The translations under genes and the position numbers were made by a program. The notes below the pieces were generated by a model, which had not been told where the DNA came from, did not search any database, and saw only the letters and a program-made list of their open reading frames with translations. Below are positions 1 to 10,464 of a stretch of 64,000 bases of DNA, piece by piece. Position 1 is the first letter of the stretch. The number at the start of each line of letters is the position of its first letter. This DNA is from Thermoleophilia bacterium (GTDB lineage Bacteria > Actinomycetota > Thermoleophilia > RBG-16-64-13): NCBI GenBank assembly GCA_040768135.1, contig JAXGNF010000002.1:18435-82434 (forward strand), written 5' to 3'.

Positions 1-21
1 CCACCCGAGCCGCGAGGGTGG
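1..21 (-). terminator. GC-rich hairpin CCACCC-N9-GGGTGG immediately downstream of the ftsY stop; possible factor-independent terminator. The window edge prevents seeing the flank.
   Basis: Inverted repeat seen directly at positions 1-21; there is no U-tract, which is common in high-GC genomes. Confidence 0.2.
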
Positions 22-106
22 GAGTTTACTAGCCTCCATAAGTCCCGTCAAACTACAACCCATCCCCGCGCCCCGAGAGCGTCCCCTCGAAACGGCGTTG
101 CGTGCA

Positions 107-1105
107 TCACCTTCCCAGCGAGTCGTCGAACAACATGGCCGCAAAATCCTTCGCATCGAAGGGTTGCAGGCTCTCCAGCTTCTCCCCCGTGCCGATTAGT
201 TTGATGGGCAGACCGAGTTCGTGCGACACCGCCAAAGCGATGCCGCCTTTGGCTGTGCCGTCCATCTTGGTTATCACCACTCCGGTCAGCTCCACCGCTT
301 CTTTGAACATGCAGGCCTGGATAAGGCCGTTCTGGCCGGTGGTAGCATCGATACACAGAAGGGTTTCGTGCGGAGCTCCGGGGATGCGCTTCTCGATGAC
401 CCGGCGAACCTTCTCCAGTTCTTTCATAAGGTTCACCTGGGTGTGCAACCGGCCGGCAGTATCGATGATGGCCACATCGGCCCCTCGGGCTTCGGCGGCA
501 GCCAACCCGTCGTACACCACCGCTCCCGGGTCGCCTCCCCGCTCGTGGCGCACCACCTCACACCCCACCCGGCGGCCCCACTCCACCAATTGTTCGATGG
601 CAGCAGCCCGGAAGGTATCACCCGCCACGAGTATGGGCTCTTTGCCCAGTTCTTTCAGGTGCCAGGCGATCTTACCGATCGTTGTCGTCTTGCCGGTGCC
701 GTTGACCCCGACCATGAGGATCACCGCAGGTGAATGGGCCACATCGATACGGGTATCGGCCTGGCAAAAATGATCCGCCGTCACCTCGCGCAGTTTGGCC
801 AGCAACTCCACGGAGTCTTTGATGACCCCCGCATTGGCCTGTTCCTCCAAAGCCTCCACGATGGATACGGTGCTGTCCACGCCCACGTCGGCATATATGA
901 GCGCTTCTTCGATGTGTTCCCACAGGTCGTCGTCGAAACGGTCAAAAAGGATAGAGGCGAACTGCTGTTGGAGGGCTTTGCGGCTCTTGGCCAGACCGTC
1001 ACGCAGTTGAGCCAACCATCCCCTGCGGTTCTCAGACGCCGGGATCCCCTCAACCGCGGCCGTCTCTGATACACCGATGAACACGTCCGCCCAGTTATAG
1101 CTCAC
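107..1105 (-). CDS. ftsY: Signal recognition particle receptor FtsY (short form, NG domain only)
   Basis: 332-aa ORF with a GVNGTGKTTT P-loop and a DTAGR motif; typical SRP-GTPase NG domain. Confidence 0.9.
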   Translation of the reverse strand: MSYNWADVFIGVSETAAVEGIPASENRRGWLAQLRDGLAKSRKALQQQFASILFDRFDDDLWEHIEEALIYADVGVDSTVSIVEALEEQANAGVIKDSVELLAKLREVTADHFCQADTRIDVAHSPAVILMVGVNGTGKTTTIGKIAWHLKELGKEPILVAGDTFRAAAIEQLVEWGRRVGCEVVRHERGGDPGAVVYDGLAAAEARGADVAIIDTAGRLHTQVNLMKELEKVRRVIEKRIPGAPHETLLCIDATTGQNGLIQACMFKEAVELTGVVITKMDGTAKGGIALAVSHELGLPIKLIGTGEKLESLQPFDAKDFAAMLFDDSLGR

Positions 1106-1109
1106 AGCG

Positions 1110-4100
1110 CTACGCCCCTTTCGATAGTGCCAGTCTGCGCGACAGCACCCGGGAAGTACCGTCGCTCTCGAGCGTCACGCCGTAGAGCGTGTCCGCTACC
1201 TCCATAGTCTGGCGCTGATGGGTGATGATAATGAACTGCGTTCTATCCCGGTATTTGCGGACCAAGGAGAGAAAACGCCTGATGTTGATGTCGTCCAGAG
1301 AGGCTTCGACCTCGTCCAGGATATAGAAGGGGCAGGGCCTGGCCAGGAACAGCGACAGTAGGAAAGCTATAGCCGTCATGGCCTTCTCTCCTCCCGAGAG
1401 TAGACTGAGGCTACGGGGCGCCTTGTTCGGGAATTTGACCTCTATCATGACGCCTGGAGCCTGCTCGCGGTCGTCCCCTCCGTCGTCACCGTCGGTCGAC
1501 ACGACCTCCTCTTCCTCTAAGTCATGAAGCGCTGAACTCCCGCCATCGGGTCTGGCTCTCCGGTCGGTCACCTTCGACTCGGTGAGTCTCAGGCTGCCTT
1601 TGGCGCCGGGGAACACCGAGGCGACCACCGAGGCGAAGTGCTCGCGGGTGGCTTCGAATATCTCACCGAAAGTACGTTCGATGTGCTCACTCAGTTCTCG
1701 GATGACGTCCTCTAGTTGGGCAAGCGACGCCTCGAGGTCGCGCCGTTGCTCGGCGAGAAACGAAGCCCTCTCCTCCAACTCCGCGCACTCCATCTCGGCC
1801 AGGGGATTGATGGGGCCTATCCTGTCCCTACGACGTTCGGCCCGCTCCACCGCCGCCGCTAGGGTATCGGCGTCATCGCCGGCGATGTCGGCAGGCGTCA
1901 ATCCGCGCGGCGACCGATGCCGTCTCCGCAAATCAGCCAATTCATCTTCGAGCAACTTCCGCCGATCCTCCAGGAGCGCCCACTCCACACGCAGATCGGC
2001 CGCTCGGATACCGAGCGCCTCGTATTCGTTCTGCAGCGCCGCCTCTTCGCCTCCGCGGTCTCGAAGGCCACGCGCAGTCCCTTCTGTATACGCCCGCACA
2101 GCTTCCACTCGCTGTTCGAGATCCGCGGCCATCCCCCGGGTCCGCTCCCCTAGAAGACCTCCCACCTCAAGTAGGTCGGCCAACACCGGTAGATAACGTT
2201 CAAGGGCTTGGACACGCCACTCACTGATCTCGACCTCGCGCCGGGCGGCCTCCCACTGGCCGCGCACACGCGTGCGCTCGTTCTCGTGAGCTCGGCATCG
2301 TTCTCTCAGCCTGACTTCGACAAGAGCGGCCTGGCTCTTCTTGCTTTCGAGTCTGCCGACCGTTCTTCGCAGGCCTTCGACACGCTCCTGATGGGAACGC
2401 AGACCAGTGCGCGCCTCTTCGACCTCACGCTCCCTCTCGCCCACCGACGCCTCCACGGTGTGCAACTCGGCCTGCATCTCCTCAGCTGCGGCAGCCTCCT
2501 GCTCCCGGCGTTCCAACAACTCCCCCTGTTGTAGACGCGCCTCTTCCACTCTACGGGCCAGCAGGTCGGCTTCCCCTTTCAGCGCCGCCAGATCGTGTTC
2601 AGCCTGCCGCAGGACCTCCTCTGCAAGCCGGTACCTATCGTCGGCCTCTTTTGCCGCCGCGACGGCCTGCGCGACCTCCTCTCGGACCTCGTCGCGCTGT
2701 CGAACAAGGGTCTCTTTCTCTCTCGAAGCCGCTTCAAGCTCATTCCGGGCTCGGAGCAGGCTCTCGGCCCCCACATCTTGTCTGCGGGCAGCATGTGCCC
2801 CCGCCTGCAGCAGCTCCCCCGCCCGGTTCACCAGACGCCAGTGAGATCCTTCGTCTCTCACTTCGCCGTCGAGGTAGTCCCCATCAACAAGGACGGCCGT
2901 CGGGACAACTAGACTACGCAAGGTGGCCATCACCGGCCCAGGGCCCGACACGGTCTCCCATAGGTCTCTCGTCCCCGGTGGGGCGCCCTGCGACGCTCCA
3001 GGCATCCGACCGACCGAAGCCGGCGACGCACCCCCCGACAGATCCTCGCTCTCCTTGATGGCTTCAAGCGCTCCGGTGGCCTTGAACACCTGAGTAAGAT
3101 CTGCCCCGGCAGGGACAACTACTGCTTCGATGAGCGGACCCACCGCTGCGGCAACGGCCCGCTCGTAGCCCACTTCTACGGTAAGGAGTTCGGTGAGCAG
3201 CCGGTAGCCTTCTCCCTGATCGAGTAACTCCCTGGCCCCGGCGGGAGTGCCCTCTCTGCGGGCCAGTAGGTGGGATAGGATCGCCAACCTCGAGTCAAGC
3301 CCGGCCAACTCCTCACCCAAAACAGCCTCGGCCTGGGAGACCTTCTCTGAGCGCGCGCGCGCCTCGGCACGTTCTGACGCAGCCCGCTCCATATCCGCTC
3401 GGGCGCGCCGCAAGGCTCCCTCGGCCTCGACAAGCCTCTGCTCGATCTTAGTGAGTTCGTCCTTCGCCTGTTCGAGTCGGGTGCCGCTCTCTTCAGCCAG
3501 AGCCGCCAACTGGGTACGCACCCGGCTCCGCTCTTCGACTTCGCGCCGCAGGAACTCCCGATCCTGCACGGTCCGAGACCGCGCCGCCTCCAGTTCGAAC
3601 ACGGCGTCTTTCAGGTCGTCCTCGGCAGCCACAGCCGTCCGATACGCGGGCAACGAATCCTCTAGCTCCAACCGGAGAGCCTCCACCCACCCGCTCACCC
3701 GGCGCATCCGGGACTCATCACTAGTCTCGGTTCCCATCTCGTCAACACGTAGACCTAACGACGCGAACTCGCTCTGGGCCAGATCCCTGCGTCGGCGGGC
3801 CCGGTCGAGTTCTCCCTCGATCCGCACCAGGCGTTGCCGCAAAGACGCCGTTCGAGCCTCGAGGTAGTCGGCCCCGGCCTTGGCCTGGTGGTACGCTGAG
3901 GTCAGGGTCTCTCGTTCTTCCAGGACGGCGCTGAACCTGTCTTCATCTGCGGCCCGTTGTCGGCGCAGTTCGGCCAACGCGGCCTCAAGCCGCTCACGTT
4001 TGTCTTGGGCAGTGCGCAATTCTTCGCCGATCCTCGCCCCCGTCTCTCGCGTCCCCACCAGGGCATGCAGCACCGCGCGTCCTTTGGCCAGAGCCCACTC

Positions 4101-4763
4101 TTCGGTGGCTTCGGCGAACCGTTCGGCCGCTACCACTTGTTGCCTGAGCGGCCGGAGAGCGGTCTTCACCTCTCTCTCGACATCAGCCACCCGCAGCAGG
4201 TTCTGTCTCGTACGTTCCAACTTGCTCTGGGCCCGTTCGCGACGTTTGCGGAAGCGGGCCAGGCCGGCTGCTTCTTCGACCATGGCCCGGCGGGCCTCCG
4301 GGGTCGAGTTGAGTAGGGCCTCGACCTTCCCTTGCCCGACGACGCTGTGCATCTCTCTACCCAGTCCCAATCCGCCTACGAGGTCTTGTATGTCGAGCAG
4401 CCTGCACGCGCTCCCGTTCAGCCGATACTCCGAACTCATATCTCTAGTGAGCCGGCGCGTGATCTCCAACTGACCGTAGCCCAACGGTAATGAGCCACCA
4501 TCATCTTCAAATACCAGACTGACCTCTGCCACCGCGCTCGACTTACGCCCACCGGCGCCCGAGAAGATGACGTCCTGCATGCTCCGTCCCCGCAGGTTTC
4601 CAGGACTTTGCTCCCCCAGCACCCAGAGCACCGCGTCCGCGATGTTGCTCTTGCCACTACCGTTAGGCCCGATGATGACGGTGACACCGGGCTCAAAGAT
4701 CAACTCGGTTGGTTTGGCGAAGCTTTTGAAGCCACGCATACGGACGGAATGCAGATGCACCAT
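1110..4763 (-). CDS. smc: Chromosome segregation ATPase SMC
   Basis: 1217 aa with an N-terminal Walker A (GPNGSGKSN), long coiled coils, a hinge, and a C-terminal LSGGEKA signature plus Walker B ([10 protein letters not shown]). There is an acidic insert just before the signature motif. Confidence 0.9.
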   Translation of the reverse strand: MVHLHSVRMRGFKSFAKPTELIFEPGVTVIIGPNGSGKSNIADAVLWVLGEQSPGNLRGRSMQDVIFSGAGGRKSSAVAEVSLVFEDDGGSLPLGYGQLEITRRLTRDMSSEYRLNGSACRLLDIQDLVGGLGLGREMHSVVGQGKVEALLNSTPEARRAMVEEAAGLARFRKRRERAQSKLERTRQNLLRVADVEREVKTALRPLRQQVVAAERFAEATEEWALAKGRAVLHALVGTRETGARIGEELRTAQDKRERLEAALAELRRQRAADEDRFSAVLEERETLTSAYHQAKAGADYLEARTASLRQRLVRIEGELDRARRRRDLAQSEFASLGLRVDEMGTETSDESRMRRVSGWVEALRLELEDSLPAYRTAVAAEDDLKDAVFELEAARSRTVQDREFLRREVEERSRVRTQLAALAEESGTRLEQAKDELTKIEQRLVEAEGALRRARADMERAASERAEARARSEKVSQAEAVLGEELAGLDSRLAILSHLLARREGTPAGARELLDQGEGYRLLTELLTVEVGYERAVAAAVGPLIEAVVVPAGADLTQVFKATGALEAIKESEDLSGGASPASVGRMPGASQGAPPGTRDLWETVSGPGPVMATLRSLVVPTAVLVDGDYLDGEVRDEGSHWRLVNRAGELLQAGAHAARRQDVGAESLLRARNELEAASREKETLVRQRDEVREEVAQAVAAAKEADDRYRLAEEVLRQAEHDLAALKGEADLLARRVEEARLQQGELLERREQEAAAAEEMQAELHTVEASVGEREREVEEARTGLRSHQERVEGLRRTVGRLESKKSQAALVEVRLRERCRAHENERTRVRGQWEAARREVEISEWRVQALERYLPVLADLLEVGGLLGERTRGMAADLEQRVEAVRAYTEGTARGLRDRGGEEAALQNEYEALGIRAADLRVEWALLEDRRKLLEDELADLRRRHRSPRGLTPADIAGDDADTLAAAVERAERRRDRIGPINPLAEMECAELEERASFLAEQRRDLEASLAQLEDVIRELSEHIERTFGEIFEATREHFASVVASVFPGAKGSLRLTESKVTDRRARPDGGSSALHDLEEEEVVSTDGDDGGDDREQAPGVMIEVKFPNKAPRSLSLLSGGEKAMTAIAFLLSLFLARPCPFYILDEVEASLDDINIRRFLSLVRKYRDRTQFIIITHQRQTMEVADTLYGVTLESDGTSRVLSRRLALSKGA

Positions 4764-4766
4764 CTC

Positions 4767-5495
4767 TCAGCCCGCCGGGCCGACGGAGCGGCGAGCGGCA
4801 GCACGGTTCGCATCGTTTGGGGCACCCAAAGAGGAGAGAGCCTCACCGGCAGCCGCCTGCTCGCTTGTCTTGATGGTCGTGCCTGTCCCCCTTCCCCGAG
4901 GGACTCCGTCGACCCAAACCTCCGAAGTGAAGACCCGGGCGTGAGCCGGGCCGGTCTCAGTGACCAAGCGGTATTCGGGATGCACACCCTGCGGAGCCAA
5001 CAACTCCTGGAGGACAGTCTTGTGGTCGACATGACCGGTGACCGCATACCGCACTTGCTCCTCGAATGCGTCGACCACAGCCAGGCGCGCCTGTTCGAAG
5101 CCGTGAGCGAGGAAGACCGCGCCGATCAGAGCCTCCAGCACGTTGCCCAGGATGGTGTGATTGCCGGCTATCTCCCTGCGCCGAGGTTCGGGGGCAGGTC
5201 CCTGTTCTATGAGCAGCCGAGCAATGTCAAGATTCTGCGCAACCTGCGCACAGCTTGCCCGGCTCACAACAAAGGCCTTCAACCGGGCCAACTCTCCCTC
5301 TTCGCTGTCCGGATAACGTTGATGAAGAGCCGCGGCTATGGCGAGTCCCAGAACACTGTCTCCCAGGAACTCCAGACGCTCATAGGAGCAGGTGCGATCC
5401 GTGACCCAAGAAGCGTGGGTAAGCGCCCGCCTTCTGAGGTCAGAAGGGAGCTGCTCGATCAAACAGCCGAGGGTAACGCCACCCGAAGCCCTCAT
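4767..5495 (-). CDS. rnc: Ribonuclease III. The track ORF extends to 5744 but that extension overlaps acpP out of frame; the likely start is the Met of MRASGG near 5495 (alternatively MGMWG at 5582).
   Basis: The [12 protein letters not shown] RNase III signature and a dsRBD C-terminus; rnc conventionally follows acpP. Confidence 0.85.
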   Translation of the reverse strand: MRASGGVTLGCLIEQLPSDLRRRALTHASWVTDRTCSYERLEFLGDSVLGLAIAAALHQRYPDSEEGELARLKAFVVSRASCAQVAQNLDIARLLIEQGPAPEPRRREIAGNHTILGNVLEALIGAVFLAHGFEQARLAVVDAFEEQVRYAVTGHVDHKTVLQELLAPQGVHPEYRLVTETGPAHARVFTSEVWVDGVPRGRGTGTTIKTSEQAAAGEALSSLGAPNDANRAAARRSVGPAG

Positions 5496-5601
5496 CCGCC
5501 CCGGTGTGACCCTGGGTCTTGAGGGCCTCTGGAAAAGAGCGGGGACCGTCCGCAGTACGGCCGGCAGTCCCCACATACCCATCCTGTCCTGGGAACGGAG
5601 A

Positions 5602-5841
5602 CTAGACCCGGGCGGCGATGAAGTCCACCGCCGCGCCGACCGTGGTGAGAGTCTGCGCTTCTTCGTCGGTGATCTTGATGCCGAACTGGTCTTCGAGTTC
5701 CATGATGAGTTCCACCAAGTCCAGGCTGTCGGCGTCGAGATCATCCTGGAATGAAGCCTCTAGCGTCACCGCTTCAGGGTTCACATCAAGATGTTCGACC
5801 AGGATTTCGCGCACCTTGGCGAGGATCTCGTCTTTGCTCAT
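5602..5841 (-). CDS. acpP: Acyl carrier protein
   Basis: 79 aa with the LDADSLDLVELIMELE phosphopantetheine-attachment motif; an AGGAG Shine-Dalgarno lies upstream of the ATG. Confidence 0.9.
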   Translation of the reverse strand: MSKDEILAKVREILVEHLDVNPEAVTLEASFQDDLDADSLDLVELIMELEDQFGIKITDEEAQTLTTVGAAVDFIAARV

Positions 5842-5879
5842 CTGTTACTCCTTACCACACCTTATAGACTAATGCCTGC

Positions 5880-5958
5880 GCCCTCTGCGGGCCGGGGCCA
5901 TGGCAACGTCATGATGACGCGCCGACCGGATTCCGCTCTCGCCCTCTGCGGGCCGGGG
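5880..5958. repeat. Two perfect 18-nt direct repeats GCCCTCTGCGGGCCGGGG (5880-5897 and 5941-5958) in the plsX-acpP spacer
   Basis: Seen directly. The flanks are also similar (ccatgg versus tcattg). Confidence 0.5.
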
Positions 5959-5976
5959 TCATTGTACCAATGCCGC

Positions 5977-7041
5977 TCAAGAATCGGCAGGGCCCGCCGC
6001 CTTCGCGATATTCGCGAACTCCTCATCAATAGCGCCCAAAACGCCCTTGCGCAGGGCGTCGGCGCCGAACAGCAACGCATTGGCGATCGCCCGCCGCCTT
6101 GAACTACCGTGGCAGATGACAACCAGTCCCCGCACGCCCAGAAGATACGTGCCTCCGTATTCTTCCGGGTCGAGACTGGCGCGCAGGCCTCGCAAGGCAG
6201 GACGCAGCAAGAGCCCCCCTGCTTTCGCCCTGGCACTACCGGCGGCCGCCTCTTTGATCCTCACAAACAGTGAAGATGCGCAGCCTTCGAGCAATTTGAG
6301 GGTCACGTTGCCCGTGAAACCATCGGTCACTACCACGTCGGCCGCATTGCGAAGCAGATCCCGGCCCTCTATGTTACCCACGAAGTTGAGGCCCGACGCC
6401 CTCAATTCGGCGTGGGCCGTCCGGGCCAACTCGTTGCCTTTGCCCTCCTCTTCGCCAATGTTGAGCAGCCCAACACGCGGTCGGGTCATCCCCAGGACGG
6501 CCCGCGCATAAGCGGTGCCCAGTGCGCCGAACTCCAGCAGGTGTTCGGGACGGCAGTCGGCGTTAGCACCGGCGTCGAGCATGACCACCGGCCCATCTAT
6601 ACCTGGGAGCATCGTGACGATCGCCGGCCTTCGAAGGCCATCCGCCCGCTTCATAGTGAGGAGGGAAGCCACGACCGTTGCTCCCGTGTTGCCGGCCGAA
6701 ACCACACCTTGCGAGCGGCCCTCGGCCACAGTGCGGGCTCCCACAACAATGGACGAATCAGGCATGTTCCTCACAGCCTGAGCCGGTTCGTCCTCAGCGC
6801 CGACAACAGATGTGCTCGGCACCAATTCGACGTACTCGTGCGGCCCATCGGCCAGAAGTGGCTCCACCACATCTCGTCGTCCCACTAACAACACCCGTAG
6901 AAGAGGCGAAGCGGCCAACAACGCGCCCGCAACAACCTCCGTAGGGGCATTGTCTCCCCCCTCCGCGTCAAGGGCCAGGACCACAGGTTCTTCAGCGATT
7001 GTCGTGAGGTCAGGGTTCACCCTATCTCCTTCTGCGGGCAA
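5977..7041 (-). CDS. plsX: Phosphate acyltransferase PlsX. The true start is probably a GTG near 6984 (VVLALDAEGGDNAP).
   Basis: 354-aa ORF with the PlsX motifs LALDAEGGD and GNTGATV. Confidence 0.85.
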   Translation of the reverse strand: MPAEGDRVNPDLTTIAEEPVVLALDAEGGDNAPTEVVAGALLAASPLLRVLLVGRRDVVEPLLADGPHEYVELVPSTSVVGAEDEPAQAVRNMPDSSIVVGARTVAEGRSQGVVSAGNTGATVVASLLTMKRADGLRRPAIVTMLPGIDGPVVMLDAGANADCRPEHLLEFGALGTAYARAVLGMTRPRVGLLNIGEEEGKGNELARTAHAELRASGLNFVGNIEGRDLLRNAADVVVTDGFTGNVTLKLLEGCASSLFVRIKEAAAGSARAKAGGLLLRPALRGLRASLDPEEYGGTYLLGVRGLVVICHGSSRRRAIANALLFGADALRKGVLGAIDEEFANIAKAAGPADS

Positions 7042-7053
7042 CCATCAGTTGCC
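7037..7053. promoter_or_regulatory. Perfect palindrome GGCAAC-CATCA-GTTGCC overlapping the annotated plsX start; candidate operator
   Basis: Inverted repeat seen directly; about 55 nt upstream of the likely true plsX start. Confidence 0.2.
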
Positions 7054-7258
7054 ACGGGTACGATCCGATCACGGATGCCTTGCAGTCGGTGAAAACTGTC
7101 TCACAAAGCACCGCGGCCGAAAAGACCGCAGTTATCACGAGGTAGCATATATGAAGACAGCTCGCCCAGATGAAAAGGGTCTGCCGAACACGCGCCGGCC
7201 TGGTCTCGCGCCCGCAGGGGAACCACAACAAATGACAACGCGTCTCTTAGAGAGAAAA

Positions 7259-7349
7259 GTCATCAGTCGGCGGGCGCCGCGGGCGGCCGGTGGAGTCGTC
7301 AGTCGGCAGGCGCCGGAGGCGGTCGGTGGAGTCGTCAGAGCCGCCCTGG
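7259..7349. repeat. Imperfect tandem repeat of 39 nt, then 36 nt, then a partial 16-nt copy (GTCA(TCA)GTCGGC..GGTGGAGTC), upstream of the rpoD promoters
   Basis: Seen directly; the units run 7259-7297, 7298-7333 and 7334-7349. Confidence 0.5.
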
Positions 7350-7350
7350 G

Positions 7351-7379
7351 TTGCGGTACGAACGTTTGTTCGCTATAAT
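7351..7379 (+). promoter_or_regulatory. Candidate promoter P2 for rpoD: TTGCGG, 17-nt spacer, TATAAT
   Basis: The -10 hexamer TATAAT at 7374-7379 is perfect, with a 17-nt spacer to TTGCGG at 7351-7356. Confidence 0.4.
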
Positions 7380-7405
7380 GAACGTAAGTATCGGGAAACC
7401 GATGA

Positions 7406-7434
7406 TTGACAGTTCGGGATAAGCGGAGTATACT
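7406..7434 (+). promoter_or_regulatory. Candidate promoter P1 for rpoD: TTGACA, 17-nt spacer, TATACT
   Basis: TTGACA at 7406-7411 is a perfect -35; TATACT lies at 7429-7434; the spacer is 17 nt; it sits about 70 nt upstream of the rpoD GTG start in an AT-richer island. Confidence 0.5.
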
Positions 7435-7504
7435 ACTATGGTTTGCGTGAAGAAATGGTATCGAATAGGAAAGCCTTAATCTACAGTTAGGATAGCAGAA
7501 GACC

Positions 7505-8593
7505 GTGCAGAGAGAAAACGACATTGCCACCGTCGACGTCCGCCAGATCGTGGACGTTCAGGACCTCCTCCAGGCGGGCCAGGAGCGCGGGTACGTCACC
7601 AGTGACGAGATCATGGCGCTGGTCGAAGAGTTCGACATGGCCATGGAGGAGATCGAAGACCTCTACTCCCAACTCTTCGATCAGTCCATCGAGATCTACG
7701 AGCAAAGCCCCGTCACCCACGGAGCCCTCGAGCCTACCGAGCCGACTCTCGATCTCTCCATAGAGACCGTCACCCACGACCCGCTGCGCCTATACCTGAA
7801 GGAGGCCGGCGAGATTCCCCTACTCACCAAAGACGAAGAGATCGAGTTGGCCAAACGAATCGAGGCGGGCGACAAGAGGGCCAAGGACCGCATGATCCAA
7901 TCGAACCTGCGTTTGGTCATCTCCATCGCTAAGAACTACTACACGCAGGACATGGACCTGCTCGACCTGATCCAGGAAGGCAACACCGGTCTTATCCGGG
8001 CGGTGGAGAAGTTCGATTACCGCAAAGGTTACAAATTCTCCACCTACGCTACTTGGTGGATCAGGCAGGCGATCACCCGAGCCATTGCGAACCAAGACCG
8101 CAACATCCGCATCCCGGTGCACATGATCGAAAAGATAAACAAGATGGTCCGCACCGAGCGGAAGCTGCTGCAGGAGACCGGCAAAGAACCCAATGATGAC
8201 GATCTCGCCCTCGAATTAGGGATCGAACCACACGAAGTGCAGGAGATGCGCAAGATCGCACAACGCACCACCTCCCTCGAGACCCCCATCGGCGACGAAG
8301 AAGATGCTGAACTCGGCGATTTCATCGAGAACCAACGTACCCCCGATCCCGCCGACGAGGTCGCCAGAAACATCGCGAAGAGCTGTCTCGACCGGGTCCT
8401 CAAGTCCATGGATGAGCGCGAGCGCAAAGTGGTCGAACTGCGTTTTGGCCTCAAAGGCGAACATCCCCGTACGTTGGCCGAAGTGAGCTCCCGCTTCAAC
8501 GTCAGCCGGGAACGCATCCGCCAGATCGAGGCCAAAGCCCTTGAGCAGATCAAGGCGGCGGAGGAGATCCAGGCGCTGAGGGAGAGCGCTTAG
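7505..8593 (+). CDS. rpoD: Primary RNA polymerase sigma factor (sigma-70 family, short N-terminus)
   Basis: 362 aa covering region 1.2 ([16 protein letters not shown]), region 2 ([14 protein letters not shown]) and region 4; a GTG start is used in the track. Confidence 0.9.
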   Translation: MQRENDIATVDVRQIVDVQDLLQAGQERGYVTSDEIMALVEEFDMAMEEIEDLYSQLFDQSIEIYEQSPVTHGALEPTEPTLDLSIETVTHDPLRLYLKEAGEIPLLTKDEEIELAKRIEAGDKRAKDRMIQSNLRLVISIAKNYYTQDMDLLDLIQEGNTGLIRAVEKFDYRKGYKFSTYATWWIRQAITRAIANQDRNIRIPVHMIEKINKMVRTERKLLQETGKEPNDDDLALELGIEPHEVQEMRKIAQRTTSLETPIGDEEDAELGDFIENQRTPDPADEVARNIAKSCLDRVLKSMDERERKVVELRFGLKGEHPRTLAEVSSRFNVSRERIRQIEAKALEQIKAAEEIQALRESA

Positions 8594-8652
8594 CGTCCTT
8601 CTTCGTCAAACCCCGCCCGCCAAGTAGCGACGGCAATACTACGTACGACCGC

Positions 8653-8690
8653 GAGAGGCGCGCCAGTCGGCGCGCCTCTCCTCGTTTTCG
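8653..8690 (+). terminator. Intrinsic terminator after rpoD: stem GAGAGGCGCGCC, loop AGTC, stem GGCGCGCCTCTC, then CTCGTTTTCG
   Basis: A perfect 12-bp GC stem followed by a T-rich tract, 60 nt after the rpoD stop. Confidence 0.45.
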
Positions 8691-8790
8691 GGCAGCACCC
8701 ACCACCCTCCGCACATGCGCTCACGCCTCGGAGCCGCGCTCCAGACCGTCGGGAGCGTCTTCCGCCATCTTCGATCTTGTTGCCCACAGG

Positions 8791-9060
8791 ATGCCAGGGC
8801 GCTTGGCCGGACACACGGCTTATCTTATGCCGGGCTCCATGGACTACGAACAATGGGCCGGCGACCCGGACAAGCCGGCGGCGCACATAAGCATCTCAGT
8901 GGCGGTGAACGAGTACCGGAAGGGGAGTGACAGACCGTGGGCCGCTTATGAATACGTGGTCGAATGGGTATCGACCGTCAGGCCCGACGGCTACGAGGGC
9001 CGTTGGCTCATTACCTCGGCACGACAGATGGAGGATTTCCCCGACCCGGCCTCCCCATAG
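8791..9060 (+). CDS. Small hypothetical protein (73-89 aa; possible internal start at MDYEQW); no family recognised
   Basis: An ORF with GC3-rich codon usage in an otherwise gene-free 600-nt gap; no motif identified. Confidence 0.3.
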   Translation: MPGRLAGHTAYLMPGSMDYEQWAGDPDKPAAHISISVAVNEYRKGSDRPWAAYEYVVEWVSTVRPDGYEGRWLITSARQMEDFPDPASP

Positions 9061-9207
9061 CGGGCGGCGGTGGGGTAGCGAGAATCACGGACCCCCCTCG
9101 CGAGGTTGCGCTTGGCCACAAGAATCGGCCGGATTGCCCACTTCGTTCGGGGGCCATGAGTGTGATAGATACCGGCAGCGCAGCGACAAGCGCGCCGTCC
9201 GGGCCTA

Positions 9208-10446
9208 CTACGCGGTAACCAGGGTCTCTCCGTGGCGTCCGCGGACAGCCTGGGCGATGTTGTCCAATATGATCTCGGCCACGGTCTCCTTGGGGGCCCG
9301 CTCCACCAGGACCTCGGAGTCACGTGTCAGGATCCGCACCTCGTTGTAGTCGGAGTCGAAGCCGATGTCGGTACGGGAGATATCGTTGAAGACGATCATG
9401 TCGAGTTGCTTCCGTTCCATCTTGCCGCGGGCCCGATCCAAGCCCTCCAAGCCGTATTCGGCGGCGAATCCCACAAGAAACTGATTCTGATGACGCGCAG
9501 CCACCTCGCAAAGGATGTCGGTCGTCGCTTCTAGGGTGATAGCCCACTCGTCCCGGCCCTTACCGATCTTACCCCCGGCCGGTCCGTCGGCCACGCGGTA
9601 GTCGGCCACAGCCGCGGCCATGATCAGGATGTCGGTATCGGGGAGCCGCTTCATGACTTGCGCGTACATCTCTCCGGCGGTGGGAGTCTCGATCTGCCTA
9701 ACCCCGGGGACGGCCGGCATGTCGACATTCGCCTCGATGAGGTGCACCTGGGCTCCCCGGTCGAACGCCGCCCGGGCGAGAGCGAAGCCCATCTTGCCCG
9801 AGCTACGGTTGCCAATGAAGCGCACCGCATCGATGGGTTCTCGGGTGCCGCCGGCTGTGATGAGCACTCGCAGGCCGCGCAGATCACGCTTACGCTGTAC
9901 TTGTAGCCGCAGCTTGACCTCCGCCACTATGCTATCCGGCTCGGCCATCCGACCCGAGCCATAGTCGCCGCAGGCCAACTCCCCGGCCCCCGGCTCGACC
10001 ACGAACACCCCCCGCTCTCTGAGCAACTCGACGTTGTGCTGAGTGGCCGGATGCTCCCACATATTGGTGTTCATAGCCGGAGCGATCACCACAGTCTTAC
10101 CAAACGCCAATATCATCGAGGTCAGGAGGTTGTCGGCAACGCCGTTCGCCATCTTGGCGAGGGTGTTAGCCGTAGCCGGAGCAATGACCATGATCTCGGC
10201 GTCCTGCGCATCCTCGACGTGGGTGATCTTGGAGTCGGCCCGCATCTCGTTCACCTGGTCCAGACGCACGGGAGCCCCGGACAGGGCTTCAAACGTCATG
10301 GGGCACACAAACTGGGTAGCGGCCCGCGTCATGATGACACGGACGCTCAGACCCGCCTTCTGAAGTCCTCGGAGAAGTTCAGCGGCCTTGTAAGCAGCGA
10401 TCCCCCCCGTCACTCCGAGGAGAACCACGGGTTGGTCGGCCATCAC
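9208..10446 (-). CDS. coaBC: Bifunctional phosphopantothenoylcysteine decarboxylase/synthetase
   Basis: 412 aa with an N-terminal flavoprotein domain (LLGVTGGIAAYKA) and a C-terminal CoaB domain. Confidence 0.9.
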   Translation of the reverse strand: MMADQPVVLLGVTGGIAAYKAAELLRGLQKAGLSVRVIMTRAATQFVCPMTFEALSGAPVRLDQVNEMRADSKITHVEDAQDAEIMVIAPATANTLAKMANGVADNLLTSMILAFGKTVVIAPAMNTNMWEHPATQHNVELLRERGVFVVEPGAGELACGDYGSGRMAEPDSIVAEVKLRLQVQRKRDLRGLRVLITAGGTREPIDAVRFIGNRSSGKMGFALARAAFDRGAQVHLIEANVDMPAVPGVRQIETPTAGEMYAQVMKRLPDTDILIMAAAVADYRVADGPAGGKIGKGRDEWAITLEATTDILCEVAARHQNQFLVGFAAEYGLEGLDRARGKMERKQLDMIVFNDISRTDIGFDSDYNEVRILTRDSEVLVERAPKETVAEIILDNIAQAVRGRHGETLVTA

Positions 10447-10464
10447 ACGCTCCCAGTGGTCTCG

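Noticed and set aside
1582-4696. Multiple 60-200-aa ORFs in the ORF track antisense to or frame-shifted within smc
   Set aside because: They fall entirely within the well-supported smc reading frame and have low-complexity Ala/Arg/Ser-rich translations typical of spurious frames in GC-rich DNA.
5496-5744. N-terminal 83-codon extension of the rnc ORF
   Set aside because: It overlaps acpP out of frame, and the RNase III homology begins only after the internal Met (MRASGG).
6812-7378. 188-aa plus-strand ORF spanning the plsX 5-prime end and the rpoD upstream repeats
   Set aside because: It mostly overlaps plsX antisense. The 3-prime part is generated by the tandem DNA repeats and runs through two promoters, so it is unlikely to be a gene.
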